Of a stretch of 64,000 nucleotides of DNA, positions 1 to 12,615 are shown piece after piece. The translations under genes and the position numbers were made by a program. Every line of letters starts with the position of its first letter. Positions within the stretch are counted from its first letter, which is position 1. The stretch covers positions 4,265 to 68,264 of the IMG/VR virus record IMGVR_UViG_3300045125_000058, one strand, 5' to 3'. Source of the stretch: a virus. Under the pieces are notes generated by a model that saw nothing but the letters and a program-made list of their open reading frames with translations, was not told the origin of the DNA and ran no database searches.

Positions 1-421
1 CCGGCTATTATTTTTCCGGTAAAGGATGGAATCCATAGTTTCGTCTCATGAACTAAATCATTTTTTGCAAATAACAAAAAGAAGCAAATATGTATTATGT
101 CCGCGTGGTTACGGTAATACAAGTTTTAGAATGTATGAAACCATGCAGTTGGGTGCTGTACCTGTATACATAAGTGATGATTTTTTTACTCCATGGGACG
201 ATGAATTAAATTGGAATGAATTTTGTGTTTTGATTCCTTCAGAGAGAATCTATGATATAGATAAAATATTAAAATCTATATCCGACGAAGATTATGAAAA
301 AATGCTTACTAAAATAAAAAAAATATATCCAAAATATTTTACTTTAGAAGAGTACTTACAACAATATTATACGGAAATTAAAAATGAAAAAAATATTATT
401 CGTGATAGCAAATTATTCTGA
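1..421 (+). CDS. Exostosin (GT47)-like glycosyltransferase, C-terminal part (5' truncated, frameshifted)
   Basis: Motif SKYVLCPRGYGNTSFRMYETMQLGAVPVYISD...ILKSISDEDYEKM is typical of the exostosin family C-terminus. Confidence 0.75.
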
Positions 422-1110
422 TTATAAGCAACAATTTTTTGAAGATAATTTTTCTCCAAGAAACAAAAAATTTGCTGATCAACACGAATTATCAATACAT
501 TGTGAGTAAAGGTGGTGAGATATTCAGAGAAATCCAACGTGGTGGAAATTTACTCTTGTTCGTGATATGTTGAATGATGGAACACTGCAAGATGGAGATG
601 AATTATTACACATGGATGCTGATATGCGAATAGACAAGTTTGATGAAGATTATCCATGTGATAAATCGTTTTCTGTTGCCATAGATAACGGCAATTCTTT
701 CTGCATGGGATCCTATAAATTAAAAGTAAACTCTTGGACGCGCTCATTAGTTGACAATATTTTAGATGAGTCATTATGGGAAAGAGAAAATATGATCCCC
801 ACTGGCTTTCTTTTAGAGAGCAAGCGCGTTTTACACTTTGTGTGGTATAGTTCCACACAGTTGGGTTTCATTCTTAACTTTACCCGACTATGGTTGGCAT
901 CAAAATAAGTCTGAAGACACAAAGTAGTTCTATTGAAGAATTACATGAACATATACAAATTTTAGGTCCAGAATGGAATACAACACTGCTGGATGAAGAA
1001 TCGTGGATCAATTGGACCAGAATTGATGCAATACAACATAACCAAATCTAAAAAAGAAGATACAATAATCCGGCATTTTGCTGGAGGACAGCAATGGAGT
1101 AAAGTTTTAA
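384..1110 (+). CDS. GT34 (galactosyl transferase GMA12/MNN10)-like glycosyltransferase, split by indels
   Basis: ATG at 384 (MKKILFVIANY), WWKFTLVRDML, DxD motif LHMDADM, late IRHFAGG; spans ORFs 567-908 and 993-1220. Confidence 0.55.
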
Positions 1111-2100
1111 TGCGAATATTATATATTACTACCGATGAAAATAGACATCTTCATGCGAGAGACAGATCGCAGGGAGATTACATGGAAAACTTAATTCTTC
1201 TAGGATTAGAAAGATATTAAAAGAAAACTGTGTTGAGTATCCACGTAAAAAAATATTATACCATGATTTTTCATCAGTACCCTGAAGACAGTCTTCATGG
1301 AAGAGGATTTTCCCTATACCATGAAAAGATGGAAGATATTCCCGGATCATTGTCGTGATTTAACAAATCAAACATTTGACGTAATACTATACGGTACTGC
1401 CTTTGCTTGGGGAATGCAAGACATACCAGAATTAGAAAAAAAATGTAAGATTAAATTCTATATTGATGGTCATGATTTATATGGTCATGCAACGGCTGGA
1501 AATTATATTAGATATAATGGTGAAATATTAATAGGTAATCAGGCAAAACCTTCATTTAAAGAACAATTGATATTTCAAGAACCATCATGTTTATCCCACC
1601 GGAGTAGGTTTGCCAGAAAGTAGAATACTTCCAATTGATTTGAATAAAAAGTGTCAGCTTATATCAAAAGCCTATCCTCGTATGGCTAATTTTGAAATAT
1701 CCGGATGAAGCCAATAGAAAACATCATATTTTTACAAATGAAGAAGATTATTACGAAGATATGTCCAAATCTTGGTTTGGTTTAACCTGTGTAGGCGTGG
1801 TGGTTGGGATGCAATGAGAAATTACGAAATAGTTGCAGCAGGATTCTGTGCTTCTTTTTAGGGATCATTATCTCAAACCAAGATATTGTTCTCAGGAGAT
1901 TTGCCAGCAATTTCTTATTCCACGCACAGAAGAACTTACACAATATAATGAACACTTTGATTGTTGATAACAAGCCCACAGATGCTTATATAAATAAGTT
2001 AGGAGCAAAGAGATTGGTTGATAAAGAATGCTACAACAGTAGCAAGAGCACAATATGTGTTGAATATCTTAAAAAAGTATGTGGATGAATATGATAAAAA
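1110..2100 (+). CDS. Putative GT-B-type glycosyltransferase, split by indels
   Basis: MRILYIT start; across frames reads FYIDGHD...YYEDMSKSWFGLTC..GGWDAMRNYEIVAAGSVLLF, resembling the Glyco_trans_1-like C-terminal motif. Confidence 0.55.
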
Positions 2101-2830
2101 TAAATGAATTTACAATCTGTTTGCACTGTGGTTGTAATCAAAATATTGTTGATAAACAAATTGCTACATTAAAACCACTAGAGCAAAAGTATAAAATACA
2201 TTGGAATAACCGTATAGACCGTTATCCACATATGTATCCAACATATTCACAGTTGATCAATCACTCAATTGTTACCTCACCAAGTGAATGGGTTATTTTA
2301 ATCAATGATAGGTGTTCTCCTACCCCAGATGAAATTGAAAAAATGATTCATCTACTAGAAAATGGATTTGGATGTGTATTGTTTTATGGTGTAGGTTTTA
2401 TGGGTTTTTCTAAAGAACTTATTAGACAAATAGGGTGGTGGGATGAAAGATTTATACAGGGATGGGAGGATAGAGATTGGGTTTGGAGATTACAACTAAA
2501 TGATATTGCTTTATATGAAAGTTGCGAATCACAATATGATTATAGTTGGCGTTCGCCATTGAACCACCCTCCGGGAAGAAGATATAACAGACCATCTTCT
2601 TGCAAAATATGATTTTAGTAACCATGAAATAGTTTATAAAAAATTACCAGAAGAAACATACCAACATTGGAATTTATTTATTAGGCGATTTAAATCCAAA
2701 AATTAAAAATTCATGGATGAAATGGAGTAATTCTTTATTAAATTTGGAATATAATAAATTAGGTGGTGGTCAATCAGCATCTTCTTTAATAGGAAATAGA
2801 AAGATAATAACAAATTATGAAAATGATTAA
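2085..2830 (+). CDS. GT2-family glycosyltransferase (3' end frameshifted)
   Basis: WVILINDR and GWWDERFIQGWEDRDWVWRL match the GT2 / galactosyltransferase C-terminal motif. Confidence 0.7.
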
Positions 2831-3439
2831 AATAACTAATGAATTAACTATGGTTGATGAAAATCATCTAGGTGGTTTTATTATTGAAAATGATCCAGCA
2901 ACATTTACACCCACATTGTGGGAATATATATGTAAAAATTATAATATTAAAAAAGTAATTGATGTTGGATGTGGTATGGGATATGCTCTTAAAGAATTTT
3001 TAAAATATTCTGAAGATGTTATTGGCATAGATGGTTCAGAATATGTAAAAATAATAGTTCAATGAAACAAAATATTATATTTCATGATTTTACAAAAGAA
3101 AAATTTATTTCAAATAAAATATATGATTTGGTATGGTCATCTGAGTTTTTAGAACACGTAGAGGAAAAATATATGGATAATTATTTTTCCATTTTTTTAA
3201 AATCAAAGTATTGTGCGGTTACTTATGCTGATAAAGGTCAATCCGGTCATAATCATGTAAATTGCCAAGATAAAAATTATTGGTTAGATAAATTTAAAAA
3301 TTATGGATTTAAATTTTTAGAAAATGACACAAAAATTTTAAAAGATAAAGCATACGAGGATGCTTTAATTTATAATCCACTATACAAAGATAATCATTTT
3401 TATAACCGAGGTTTATTTTTTAAGAATGAAAATCTATGA
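2817..3439 (+). CDS. Class I SAM-dependent methyltransferase (frameshift near 3060)
   Basis: VIDVGCGMG motif I, GIDGS, DLVWSSEFLEHV, GHNHVNCQ across ORFs 2817-3065 and 3062-3439. Confidence 0.8.
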
Positions 3440-4411
3440 ATAATAATAAAAATATACTTATAACAGGTGGTTTAGGATTCATTGGTGCGCATTGTATTGA
3501 AAAATGGAAAAAAGAGGGTGGTCTATAACAATTATAGACAATCTTTCTTCAAACGCTATTGAAACAAGCCATCCCTTACAGATGATACTAAACTAATAAT
3601 TCAAGATATTACTAAAGTTGATTGGAGAAATCTTCCTAAATTTGATTTGATACTGCATTTAGCTTCCCTGTTGGACCACTAGGAGTATTAAAGCACAGTG
3701 GTACCATGGGAAGACTCATAATGGATGATATCTATTCTGTAATTCATGGTGCAAACTACAATAATTGTCCACTCATATTTATTTCTACATCAGAAATTTA
3801 TGGTTACAGAGATCATAAGAGTTATTTGCAAGAAAATGATGACAAAGTTTTGCATGGAGATTTCACAGTTAGAAACGAATATGCCATAGCAAAATTGCTT
3901 TCAGAAATTGATATTGTCAAATCATGCAAAAATTAATTCCAATTTTAAATATCAAATTATCAGACCATTTAATGTAACTGGACAATACCAGCTACCAGAT
4001 GGTGGGTTTGTATTACCAAGATTCGTTGATCAAGCATTAAAAAATCAAGACATAACCGTATATTATTCTGGTCAGCAGTTAAGAGCGTTTACTTGGGTGA
4101 AAGACATTGTAGACGGCATCTATTTGACTTCGACTGTCCATGAGAGTCAATGGAATCAGGAGTGGAACATAGGCAACGAGTTAAATGAACAAACAATTTT
4201 GTATTTAGCCCAAAAAGTAAAAAAACTCACCAACAGCAAATCTAAAATTATTCACGTAGATCCAAAAGAATTGCATGGATCCTTGTTTGCTGAGGCACCA
4301 GAAAAAATACCAAATAGTGAAAAAATAAAAAATCAACTTGGTTGGAAGCCAACAAAATTTGTAGATGAAGTTATATTAGAAGTTATAGAATTTTATAAAG
4401 GAAAAAAATAA
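3436..4411 (+). CDS. NAD-dependent epimerase/dehydratase (SDR), split by indels
   Basis: ILITGGLGFIG at 3436, FISTSEIYG, YAIAK (YxxxK), IIRPFNVTG, RAFTWVKDIVDG. Confidence 0.85.
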
Positions 4412-5022
4412 TGTGTTCATTACATCAGATATTATCTAATTTAAATCCTGGCACTTTTTTTGAAGCAGGTGCAAACGACGGTGTTACTGAAAGCAACACA
4501 CGATTTTTGGAAGATTTAGGTTGGACTGGAATTTTAGTAGAACCTCATCCTGAACAATGTCACCTTTGTCAAAAAACAAGAAAAGGAAAAACAATTCATG
4601 GTGCACTTGTTTCCTCTGATTATAAAAAACCATTTATTGCTGGTAATTTTTTAAATGGAAAAGGGCACAGTTCATTAATGTGTGCAATTTTTGACGTTCC
4701 AAATTATTTTAGTGATCATCAAAAAAATGAAATTAATGAAAAAATAAATGAAGGATCTATAGAGGTTCCTGCATTCACAATACAAGAGATATTAGACAAA
4801 GAAAACATAAATGATCTTACATTTTTATCTCTAGATCTTGAAGGTTATGAACTAGCAGCCTTAACAGGATTAAATTTTAATAAAATAAAACCAACATACA
4901 TTTTAATTGAAACAGCAAATAACTCAGTATATCAAAATAAAGTAAAAGAATATCTTCAAAATATTGGATATGACTATTATTGTAAAATATCAGGAAATGA
5001 TGATCTTTTTAAATTAGGATAA
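4411..5022 (+). CDS. FkbM-family methyltransferase
   Basis: FFEAGANDG, GILVEP, LSLDLEGYELAAL. Confidence 0.85.
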   Translation: MCSLHQILSNLNPGTFFEAGANDGVTESNTRFLEDLGWTGILVEPHPEQCHLCQKTRKGKTIHGALVSSDYKKPFIAGNFLNGKGHSSLMCAIFDVPNYFSDHQKNEINEKINEGSIEVPAFTIQEILDKENINDLTFLSLDLEGYELAALTGLNFNKIKPTYILIETANNSVYQNKVKEYLQNIGYDYYCKISGNDDLFKLG

Positions 5023-5026
5023 CTTT

Positions 5027-5733
5027 ATGAAAATAATATCACCACTTTTTACACAAAACAAACACTGTTGTTTTCCTTTACAAGAAACATTAAATAAATA
5101 TTCTCCACAAAATAAAAATGATTTAATTTTTTATACTGATGGCACAACAACGGCAGATTTTTATCATACAAAAATGTTTCATGCATCCCAAACAATGAAA
5201 CAATTGAATGATGAAATTATTGTTTTGGTTGACGCATTTGATGTTTTAGTAAATAAATCTTTAGATAATCTTGTTGAAGATTTTAAAAACAAAACTGCAA
5301 ATTATTAATTTCAGTCTGAAGCAAATTGTTTTCCATTTAAAGAATATGAAGAATTTTTAGCTTCCAAATCTAAAACAAAATTAAAATTTCCATGTGCTGG
5401 TTCTTGGATTGGTTATAGAGAATATATGATTGAATTATTTGACGGACCATTATCGGTACAAAACCATATGCATTGGAGGCGATTTACCGATCAAGGATTT
5501 ATGGAAACAATTTATGTTAAGTCATTTGAGGATCCATATTTTTCTGTCAAAATAGATACAGAAGCTAAAATTTTTGTAAATACTTTTTATTAGAAAATAA
5601 TAAAGATATTTTTATTGAAGAAAAAACAAAACAATTAACTTATAAAGAAACAGAATCTGTACCGTATTTTATACATTTTAATGGTGATGGAAAATGCCAC
5701 ATGCCATTATTTGGTTATGAATATTGTAAATAA
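5027..5733 (+). CDS. PLOD/procollagen glycosyltransferase-like GT-A domain protein, split by indels
   Basis: IVLVDAFDVL, then in other frames QSEANCFP, KFPCAGSWIGY, TDQG, IDTEAKIF, HFNGDGK, which resemble the PLOD GT domain. Confidence 0.6.
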
Positions 5734-5774
5734 TAATATTTGATTTTTTAAAAAAATAGTTTATAATTATAAAT

Positions 5775-8351
5775 ATGAAAATAGTTATTACTGGTGGTCT
5801 TGGATATATTGGTTCAGAACTTTGCAAACTATATTCTGGTGAATCTAGGTTTAAAAATATTGTTGTTCTTGACAATAGATTTGTATCAGAACGCGTGAAA
5901 CAACTAAGAGACTGGGGTATTGACTTTCATCAAGTCTCAATCCTAGACAAAGATAATCTAGAAAAACATCTGTTTGATGCAGATGTTGTAATTCATTTGG
6001 CTGGAGTAACAGATGTCGCTTATGTTAAAACAGAAGCAGATCCAGAAAAAGATCGGCTTATTACACAGACAGGCTGTAGAAGGTACTAGAAAATGTTATC
6101 CACAGCGTCAAGTCAACATGCAAAGTTATATTCCCATCAACACATGTTGTGTATGAAGGCTTTCAAGAAACACGGCTTGATATACCAGAAACAGAGCCAC
6201 CATGTCCCGTATTGACCTATTCTATTGGCAAAGTTCAATCGGAAGAAGATTTTAAAAATTCAACTTTAAATTATGTTATTTTGCGATTGGCATCAGTTTA
6301 TGGCTATTCCACCGATACAATGCGAATTGGAATTATGCCAAACTTGTTTTCCAAGATTGCCTCGCAGAATGGAACAGTCAAGTTATTCTCTGGGGGTTCA
6401 GGTAAAGAGTCTAGTACCTTTGCAAGATGTTGTTCGTTGCATTAAGTTTATGGCTGAAAATGAATCCGTTAAGCGAGAAATTTTTCACCTATCTAAAGAA
6501 AGTTGCACGGTAAAAGAAGTTGCTGAAATTTGCAAAAAGATAAATCCAACTCTTGAAATTGTTGAGACACAAGATGAAATTCCAAACTTGGGATACACAA
6601 TTTCAAACCAAAAACTTCTGAATACCGGATTTAAATTTTTATATTCATTGGAACAATCTATCAAAGAAATGATTGATAATTGGTCCAAAAAAAATATTAA
6701 TCCAGCACTGGAGTACATTGATCGTGGTGGAAAAGAGTTTGTTGACGAACGCGGTAAAATTTTAAACTATGAACTTACAGAACCTATTAATTTGATTGGT
6801 TACATTGAATCAAAGAAAGGCTCTGTGCGGGCAAATCACTACCACCCAATACAAGAACAAAAATGTTTGCTTATTAAAGGTCAATATATAAGTGTTATCA
6901 AGGATTTGGCCATCCCCGATGCTCCTGTTGAAACAAAGATCATCAATCCGGGTGATATCGCTATTATCAAGCCAAACGTAGCACACACCATGGTTTTCAC
7001 CGAGGATTCTATTTTCCTGAATCTGGTTAGAGGTGAAAGAGAACATCAAAATTATGGAATAACACATACAATACCTTACATTTTGGTGAATGAAGAAATG
7101 AGAGACAATTTGCTAGCGGCACACAAGTTTACCAAAACATCATGTAGGTCTTGTGGAAACAAAGAATTAAAATGCGTAATTTCTCTTGGAAATTCTCCGC
7201 TTGCCAATAACTTAAAAAATGACGAATTTGAAAAGGAAGAAATGTATCCTTTACAAATGAATTATTGCCCAACATGTCATAATTGCCAGTTATCAGTTTC
7301 TGTTCCACCAGAAAAAATGTTTGACAATTACTTGTATGTTTCATCAACTGCATCATCGTTTAGAAAACATTTTGAAGATGCTGCGGAAGACTATGTAAAA
7401 GAATTTGGTTTAAACAGATATACTTTGGTAGTTGATATAGGAAGCAATGATGGTATTGCCTTAAGACCATTGAAAGAAAAAATTATACCAGTTATTGGCA
7501 TTGAACCAGCAAAAAACATCGCAGAGCTGGCAAACAATAATGGTATTCGAACCATCAATAGTTATTTTGATGATTTTGCTGTAAATGAAGTTTTAAAACA
7601 TGGAAAAGCAAAACTCGTCACAGCATCAAACATGTTTGCTCATTCAGATCATTTACCTGAAATTGCACAAAATGTATTTAAAATTTTAACGGATGATGGA
7701 ACTTTTGTTATTGAAGTTCAATATTTAAAGAACACACTAACAGATTTAACTTTTGATAATATCTATCATGAACACTATAATTACTGGAGTGTTACTTCAT
7801 TAAACAATTTTTTCAATAATTTGGGTTTCAAAGTTTATAAAGTCAAACACGTTAATACACATGGTGGATCTATAAGAGTTTATATTTCCAAAAACCCAAC
7901 CACAATCGATGATAGTGTAAACCAATTTATTCAAGATGAAAATAATTTTGGTCTTACACAATTTGAAACTTATGAAAAATTTGCTAAACAAGTTCAAGAA
8001 ATCAAAAGAAACGTAAGAAACAATATTCAAAAACTTAAAGACCAACATGGAACAGTTTGTGCATATGGGTCTCCAGCAAAGGCAACAACTGCCCTTAACT
8101 ATTTTGGTGTTAGTAATCAAGATATTGGTTATACAGTTGATGATAATCCAATGAAAAACGGTAAATACATTCCAGGTGTAAACATTCCAATCCAAAACCG
8201 GGAATATTTTAAGACAAATTTACCAAAAGCAGTTATTGTTCTTGCTTGGAACTTTTTTGAACAAATTGTTCAAAATAATCAAGAATTTGTAGATCTTGGT
8301 GTTAAATTCTATAACATTAAAGATTTAGAAAAAGAATGCTTTGTCGTATGA
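5775..8351 (+). CDS. Fusion of SDR epimerase, cupin (sugar isomerase/epimerase-like) and NDP-hexose C-methyltransferase (~860 aa, frameshifted in the N-terminal part)
   Basis: TGGLGYIG and YSIGK; VRANHYHP...PNVAHTMVF cupin; CRSCG...YCPTCHNCQL Zn site; VVDIGSNDG, GIEPA, FDNIYHEH, HGGSIR, YGSPAKAT, VDDNPMKNGKYIPG. Confidence 0.85.
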
Positions 8352-8352
8352 A

Positions 8353-9238
8353 ATGTTGTTTTATAATATTTGTTTATTGAAAATAAAAATGCAAGCAGAA
8401 GAATCTTTTGACTATATTAAACAAGTTTTTGATAAAAAAGAACCGCATCTTTTTTTTAGATTGGGTTTAACTGAAGCCAAATATATGGATGCATGGTTAG
8501 AACCAAAAAATGTATCTTTGTTAGATGATATAATGAATTTTTCTGAAAAACACTGGCTTCAATGCACTGGGTTTTTTCCACCTGAGAAAAAAGAAGTTGA
8601 AAAATTTTAAATTATTATGAACAACTTATTTTAAATATTTTAAAAGAGTCTCAAAAAATAACGTATATACCTACAAAACATTCCGAGAAACTATTAAGTA
8701 TTTTTACTCAAAATAATTGTAATGTGAAGGAATTGGGCTTCAATCCATTTTATAATTTTCCTAATTTTCAACCACTGTTAAAAGATAAAAAAATATGTAT
8801 AGTTTCTTGTTTTCCAAAAACCTTTTAAATCAGTGCAACAAGTTGGAGCATCTTTTTACAGAAAAGCGGTTGTCCAATCTCAATCCACAAAACATCACAT
8901 TTGTAAAATGCCCACCACATAAATTTATATGTTTTGACAATGAAAATCCATATTCTTCTTGGTTTGAAGCAATCGATGATTTACTGGAAGATATCACATA
9001 CACTGATTACGATATACTGCTAACCAGTTGTGGTGCATTTTCTTTGCCTCTATGTCACCATGCCTTCAAATCAAATAAAATAGCAATTAATCTAGGTGGT
9101 GATTTACAAATTTTATTTGGGGTTAAAGGAAAAAGATGGGATGACCCCTTTTACAAGTACAATGATTATTGGATTCATCCATTACCAGAAGAAACTCCCG
9201 GTGGTGTTTTTAAAGTAGAGAATGGTTGTTATTGGTAA
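8353..9238 (+). CDS. GT-D-fold-like / polysaccharide biosynthesis protein, split by indels
   Basis: FFRLGLTEA; DILLTSCGAFSLPLC...AINLGGDLQILFGVKGKRWD...WIHP...VENGCYW. Confidence 0.6.
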
Positions 9239-9245
9239 TCAGTAT

Positions 9246-9273
9246 TTGATTTTTTCAAATAACATGCTATATT
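9246..9273 (+). promoter_or_regulatory. Candidate sigma70-type promoter upstream of gp55
   Basis: TTGATT (9246-9251), 16 bp spacer, TG-n-TATATT (9268-9273). Confidence 0.4.
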
Positions 9274-9279
9274 ATACTT

Positions 9280-9847
9280 GTGAAAAAGACTAAAAGAAAA
9301 AAGCCAAACCATCAGATGCTGATTATGTTGACAATCAGCAACTTTATGATGCTTTGGTTGAATATAAAAAGAAGTGCAAAGATGCAGACAACTCTGGAAG
9401 AAAAAAGCCAAAGTTACCCGACTATATTGGTGAGTGTGTGTTAAAGATAGCAACAAGACTGTCTTACAGACCAAACTTTGCAAACTATCCATACAGAGAT
9501 GAGATGGTATCCGACGCGGTGTTAAACTGCATAACTTACATTGATAACTTTGATCCAAAAAATCAACCAGCCCATTTGGATATCTAACCCAAATATGCTG
9601 GTTTTCTTTTGTTCGTATCATAAACAAAGAAAAGAAAGAAAAGTATGTTCAATACAAGTTTGCTGAACAACAGAATAACAAAGACTTCCAAAACTGGTTC
9701 AATGAAACTTATGCTGGTATGGACATAGGAAGACGAGACTTCTTTGGTCTGACCGATTCCGACATGGAACGGTTTGACGAGATGTGTCAGCCGAAGAAAA
9801 CAAAAAGAAAAAAGCGAAAACCAAAGCCTGACCCATTTGATCTATGA
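9280..9847 (+). CDS. gp55: T4 gp55-like late-transcription sigma factor (frameshifted)
   Basis: YVDNQQLYDALVEYK...LPDYIGECVLKIATRLSYRPNFANYPYRDEMVSDAVLNCITYIDNFDP; sits immediately before gp47-gp46. Confidence 0.92.
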
Positions 9848-10890
9848 AAGCAGTAATTCTTAACGATACCCACTTTGGGTTCAAGAATGATTCGTGCATA
9901 GTTCTTGATTATTTCCTTGATTTTTTCACGGAACAGTTGTTTCCATACATGAAGGAAAACAACATCAAGACCATTTTTCATCTTGGTGATCTGTTTGACA
10001 GGAGAAAATATGTCAATTTTAAGACGCTTCACAGAGTTCAAAAAGAGTTTTTTGACCCACTACTTGAGATGGGCATCAAAGTCCACATCATCTGTGGAAA
10101 CCACGATACCTATTATCGTAATACCAATAACATCAATTCCTTGCAGGAACTCGCTGGACATTATTCGAATTGGTCAGTATATTCAGAGCCGACAAATGTT
10201 CATCTTTCCTGCGGTTGTGTCGCGTTACTCCCATGGATAAACCCAGAGAATGAAGATCAAGCAGCCAAGTTTCTTTCAGACAACACTTGTTCCGTATTGC
10301 TTGGTCATCTTGAACTTTTTGGCTTTCAAAGCATTCGTGGTGTCTTTATAGAGCAAGGATATGATCCCAAGCATTTCGATAAGTTTGAGTACGTTCTTAC
10401 TGGCCATTATCATATTAAGTCTAGCCGTGATAATATTCATTATCTCGGAACGCAATACCAGATGGGCTTTTCAGACGTTTGGGAAGACAAGGGCTTCCAT
10501 GTCTTTGATTTCCAGAATCGTACTCTTGAATTTGTTAAAAATCCAAAGAAGTTATTCTATACGCTTGATTATAACGAAGACGACAAAGAAAAACTAGACT
10601 ATCAACAATTCAAGGATTGTCATGTTAAAATCTTCATTAAGAACAAGACTAAACAAAATTTGTTTGAGCGTTATTTAGACAAGTTCTATGAAGCTGGAGT
10701 TGCTGAACTCGTTGTGGCAGAGGAAGTCTCTGCAAACCCGGAACTTGTTGCAGTTGACATTCATAAAGACACTCTGCAACTCCTCCATGAAGAGATTGAG
10801 ACAATCACAGAGAATTCCATTCAAAAGCCTTTGCTTGCAGAAATCATAAATGCAGCATATAATAGTGCATTGTCTAAGGATGAAGAATGA
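9844..10890 (+). CDS. gp47: Recombination endonuclease subunit (Mre11/SbcD-like)
   Basis: LNDTHFG, HLGDLFDRR, GNHD, GHLE, GHYH metallophosphoesterase motifs. Confidence 0.95.
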   Translation: MKAVILNDTHFGFKNDSCIVLDYFLDFFTEQLFPYMKENNIKTIFHLGDLFDRRKYVNFKTLHRVQKEFFDPLLEMGIKVHIICGNHDTYYRNTNNINSLQELAGHYSNWSVYSEPTNVHLSCGCVALLPWINPENEDQAAKFLSDNTCSVLLGHLELFGFQSIRGVFIEQGYDPKHFDKFEYVLTGHYHIKSSRDNIHYLGTQYQMGFSDVWEDKGFHVFDFQNRTLEFVKNPKKLFYTLDYNEDDKEKLDYQQFKDCHVKIFIKNKTKQNLFERYLDKFYEAGVAELVVAEEVSANPELVAVDIHKDTLQLLHEEIETITENSIQKPLLAEIINAAYNSALSKDEE

Positions 10891-12609
10891 TTGAATTTGT
10901 ATCTGTAAAGTTTAAAAACTTTGGATCATTCGGAAACAACTATTCCGAAATAAAATTAAATACGAACAAGACAACTTTGGTGACCGGAACAAACGGTCAC
11001 GGAAAGTCTTTTGCTCTTCTTGATTCGTTATGCTTTGGTTTGTTTGGAAAGCCATTTCGACCGATCAACATTCCTCAGTTGGTAAACTCAATCAACAACC
11101 GGCATTGCATGGTTGAGATTGAATTCAAAAGATCTGGTTCCACATACTTGGTCAAGCGTGGATTAAGTCCCAAAATCTTTGAGATCTACAAAGATGGGGA
11201 AATGCTGGATCAACACGCAAAGTCCAAGGATTATCAAGAACACTTTGAGGAACAAATTCTTGGATTTGACTATGCAAGCTTTCAAGCAAGTTGTAATTCT
11301 TGGAAAGTCAAACTTTATACCATTTATGCAGTTGACACCCAATGAGAGACGCAAGATTATCGAAGGTCTTTTGGATCTTGATATTCTTGCAGACATGAGT
11401 GTATATGTCAGGGGTGAATTGTCCAAACTAAAAACTGAAATATCAGAAGGAGAAAGTTTTGTAAAGATTAGCCATGAAAAGATAAAATCTTTGAATGAAC
11501 TTAAAACTCAACTGGACAATACAAAAATTTTGGAATTGAAAGAATGCCAAGATAAAATTGTTGAACTTAAAAAATTTGCTAAAATTGAAGAAAGTTTTAT
11601 TGAAAATACACTAGCAAATCTTTCAAAGTTAGAAAAAACAAAGAAAGAACTGAATTCTAAAATCAATTCTATGGCAGGGGTTCCAACAATGCACTCCAAG
11701 GCATTGGAACTCCAAGAAACGCTTATAGAGCAGATAAACACTCTAGAAACCGATCCAAAATGCACCTGCTGTGGTCAAACTTTGCCAGAAGAGGCCAGAG
11801 AGAAGCATTTGGAGGAAAAAAGACAAAAATTGGCAACTTGTAAAAAATCTTTACAAGTTGGAGATAAAAAATTAAAAGAACTAGAAACTTTAAAAAACGA
11901 ACTAGAAATTTTGAGTAAACAGATATTAGATACCACAGTTCTTTGTGCTCAAGCAGATATTCGTAAAAACAATATCAATGCTGAAATGAACACACTTACT
12001 GAAAAAGTTTCTAAAATAAAGAAGACTACCAGTGAATCCGAAATCAATACAAAGATCGAAGAAGCGATTGCAGATAAGGACAAACATGCAAAGGCTTTGG
12101 AAAATGCAATCAGCAAGCAAATTCACCATGATGTTGTGTATGACATTCTCAAGGATGGTGGGCTCAAGAGCCGCATTATCAAACATTATGTTCCCATTAT
12201 CAATGGACTCGTCAACAAATTCCTCGGAAAACTTAATCTCTATGTTGACTTCACCATCGATGAGGAGTTCAAGGAAACAATCAAGTCACGATACAGAGAT
12301 GCATTTTCATATTCCTCTTTCTCTGAGGGAGAGAAACAGCGTATCGATCTGGCCATTCTCCTGACTTGGCGTGAGATTGCAAAGATGAAGAATAGCCTAA
12401 ATTGTAATCTATTGATCTTTGACGAGATTCTTGATTCCTCCTTGGATTCAACAGGAACAGAATCTTTCTTGAAACTGTTGAACAAGATGAAGGCCAAGTG
12501 TTCCATATTCATCATCAGCCACAAGTCTGATCAGTTGGCAGACAAGTTTGACCAGCAGATGCAGTTTGAGAAGAAGAACAACTTCTCAAGAATTAAGTCA
12601 CAAGTATAA
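10887..12609 (+). CDS. gp46: Recombination endonuclease ATPase subunit (Rad50/SbcC-like), one frameshift near 11280
   Basis: GTNGHGKS Walker A, CTCCG Zn hook, FSEGEKQRIDLA signature, LIFDEILD. Confidence 0.95.
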
Positions 12610-12612
12610 ATA
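12605..12612 (+). promoter_or_regulatory. T4 late promoter consensus TATAAATA
   Basis: Exact TATAAATA just before ORF 12616. Confidence 0.65.
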
Positions 12613-12615
12613 TTA

